Origin: Histomonas meleagridis 2922-C6/04-290x
Taxonomy: Eukaryota; Protista; Parabasalia
Assembly: GCA_020184695.1 (NCBI GenBank)
Contig: JAANOX010000238.1
Location: 124,001 to 188,000, forward strand
DNA: 64,000 nucleotides
Direction: 5' to 3'
The notes beneath the pieces are model-generated. The model saw nothing but the letters and a program-made list of their open reading frames with translations, searched no databases and had not been told where the DNA came from. Below are positions 63,838-64,000 of the stretch, piece after piece. The position numbers were made by a program, and so were the translations under genes. Numbering within the stretch: the stretch's first letter is position 1; the number at the start of each line of letters is the position of its first letter.

Positions 63838-64000
63838 ATGTATTATAATAATACGCAATCTAAAAATGAACAAGATGATCAAGGTAATGTTGGTGCTTAT
63901 TTTGATCGTCTTAAAGATTTAATTGCTAAAAATGATGGTACTCGTTCTTTTATTTTAAGAACTGAAGATTGTCATGATCAAAATGCACCATTTAATCAAT
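63838..64000 (+). CDS. 5' part of a hypothetical, possibly viral structural, protein (runs off the window)
   Basis: Open for 54 codons: MYYNNTQSKNEQDDQGNVGAYFDRLKDLIAKNDGTRSFILRTEDCHDQNAPFNQ. Confidence 0.6.
   Translation, partial: MYYNNTQSKNEQDDQGNVGAYFDRLKDLIAKNDGTRSFILRTEDCHDQNAPFNQ

Noticed and set aside
1-64000. rRNA or tRNA genes and canonical trichomonad spliceosomal introns
   Set aside because: No cloverleaf, rRNA-like sequence or GT...ACTAAC...AG intron motif was recognised by eye

Overview
AT-rich eukaryotic DNA from a parabasalid protist, probably Tritrichomonas-like. This is inferred from BspA/TpLRR surface genes, a DUF3447-type ankyrin gene, TCATTTTT initiator motifs just upstream of several ATGs, and an IS481EU-type transposon. 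Bases 1-53.4 kb hold mostly intronless housekeeping and family genes: alpha-SNAP, ARPC3, RPS21, a Fis1-like gene, WD40, PARP-like, DP-like, karyopherin-like HEAT proteins, an alpha/beta hydrolase, a PPase-like gene and a thioredoxin-like gene. Two things stand out. (1) An ankyrin gene at 34.5-37.7 kb has every one of 13 repeats interrupted at the same codon by an AT-rich insert, 80 nt long in 11 of 13 cases. The insert shifts the frame and lacks consistent GT-AG ends, yet all coding segments between inserts are stop-free and in frame. The same insert recurs in two other ankyrin remnants in the window, which suggests an unrecognised non-canonical splicing or recoding system. (2) A virus-like island from about 54.4 kb to the window end holds two CRESS-type Rep relics, long GC-rich hairpins, three paralogous amphipathic MAWGxWNK peptides, near-identical 213-bp repeats at homologous positions, and a pogo element with a nested IS481EU element (107-bp TIRs, 16-bp TSD). 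All family assignments rest on motif recognition by eye; no database searches were run.
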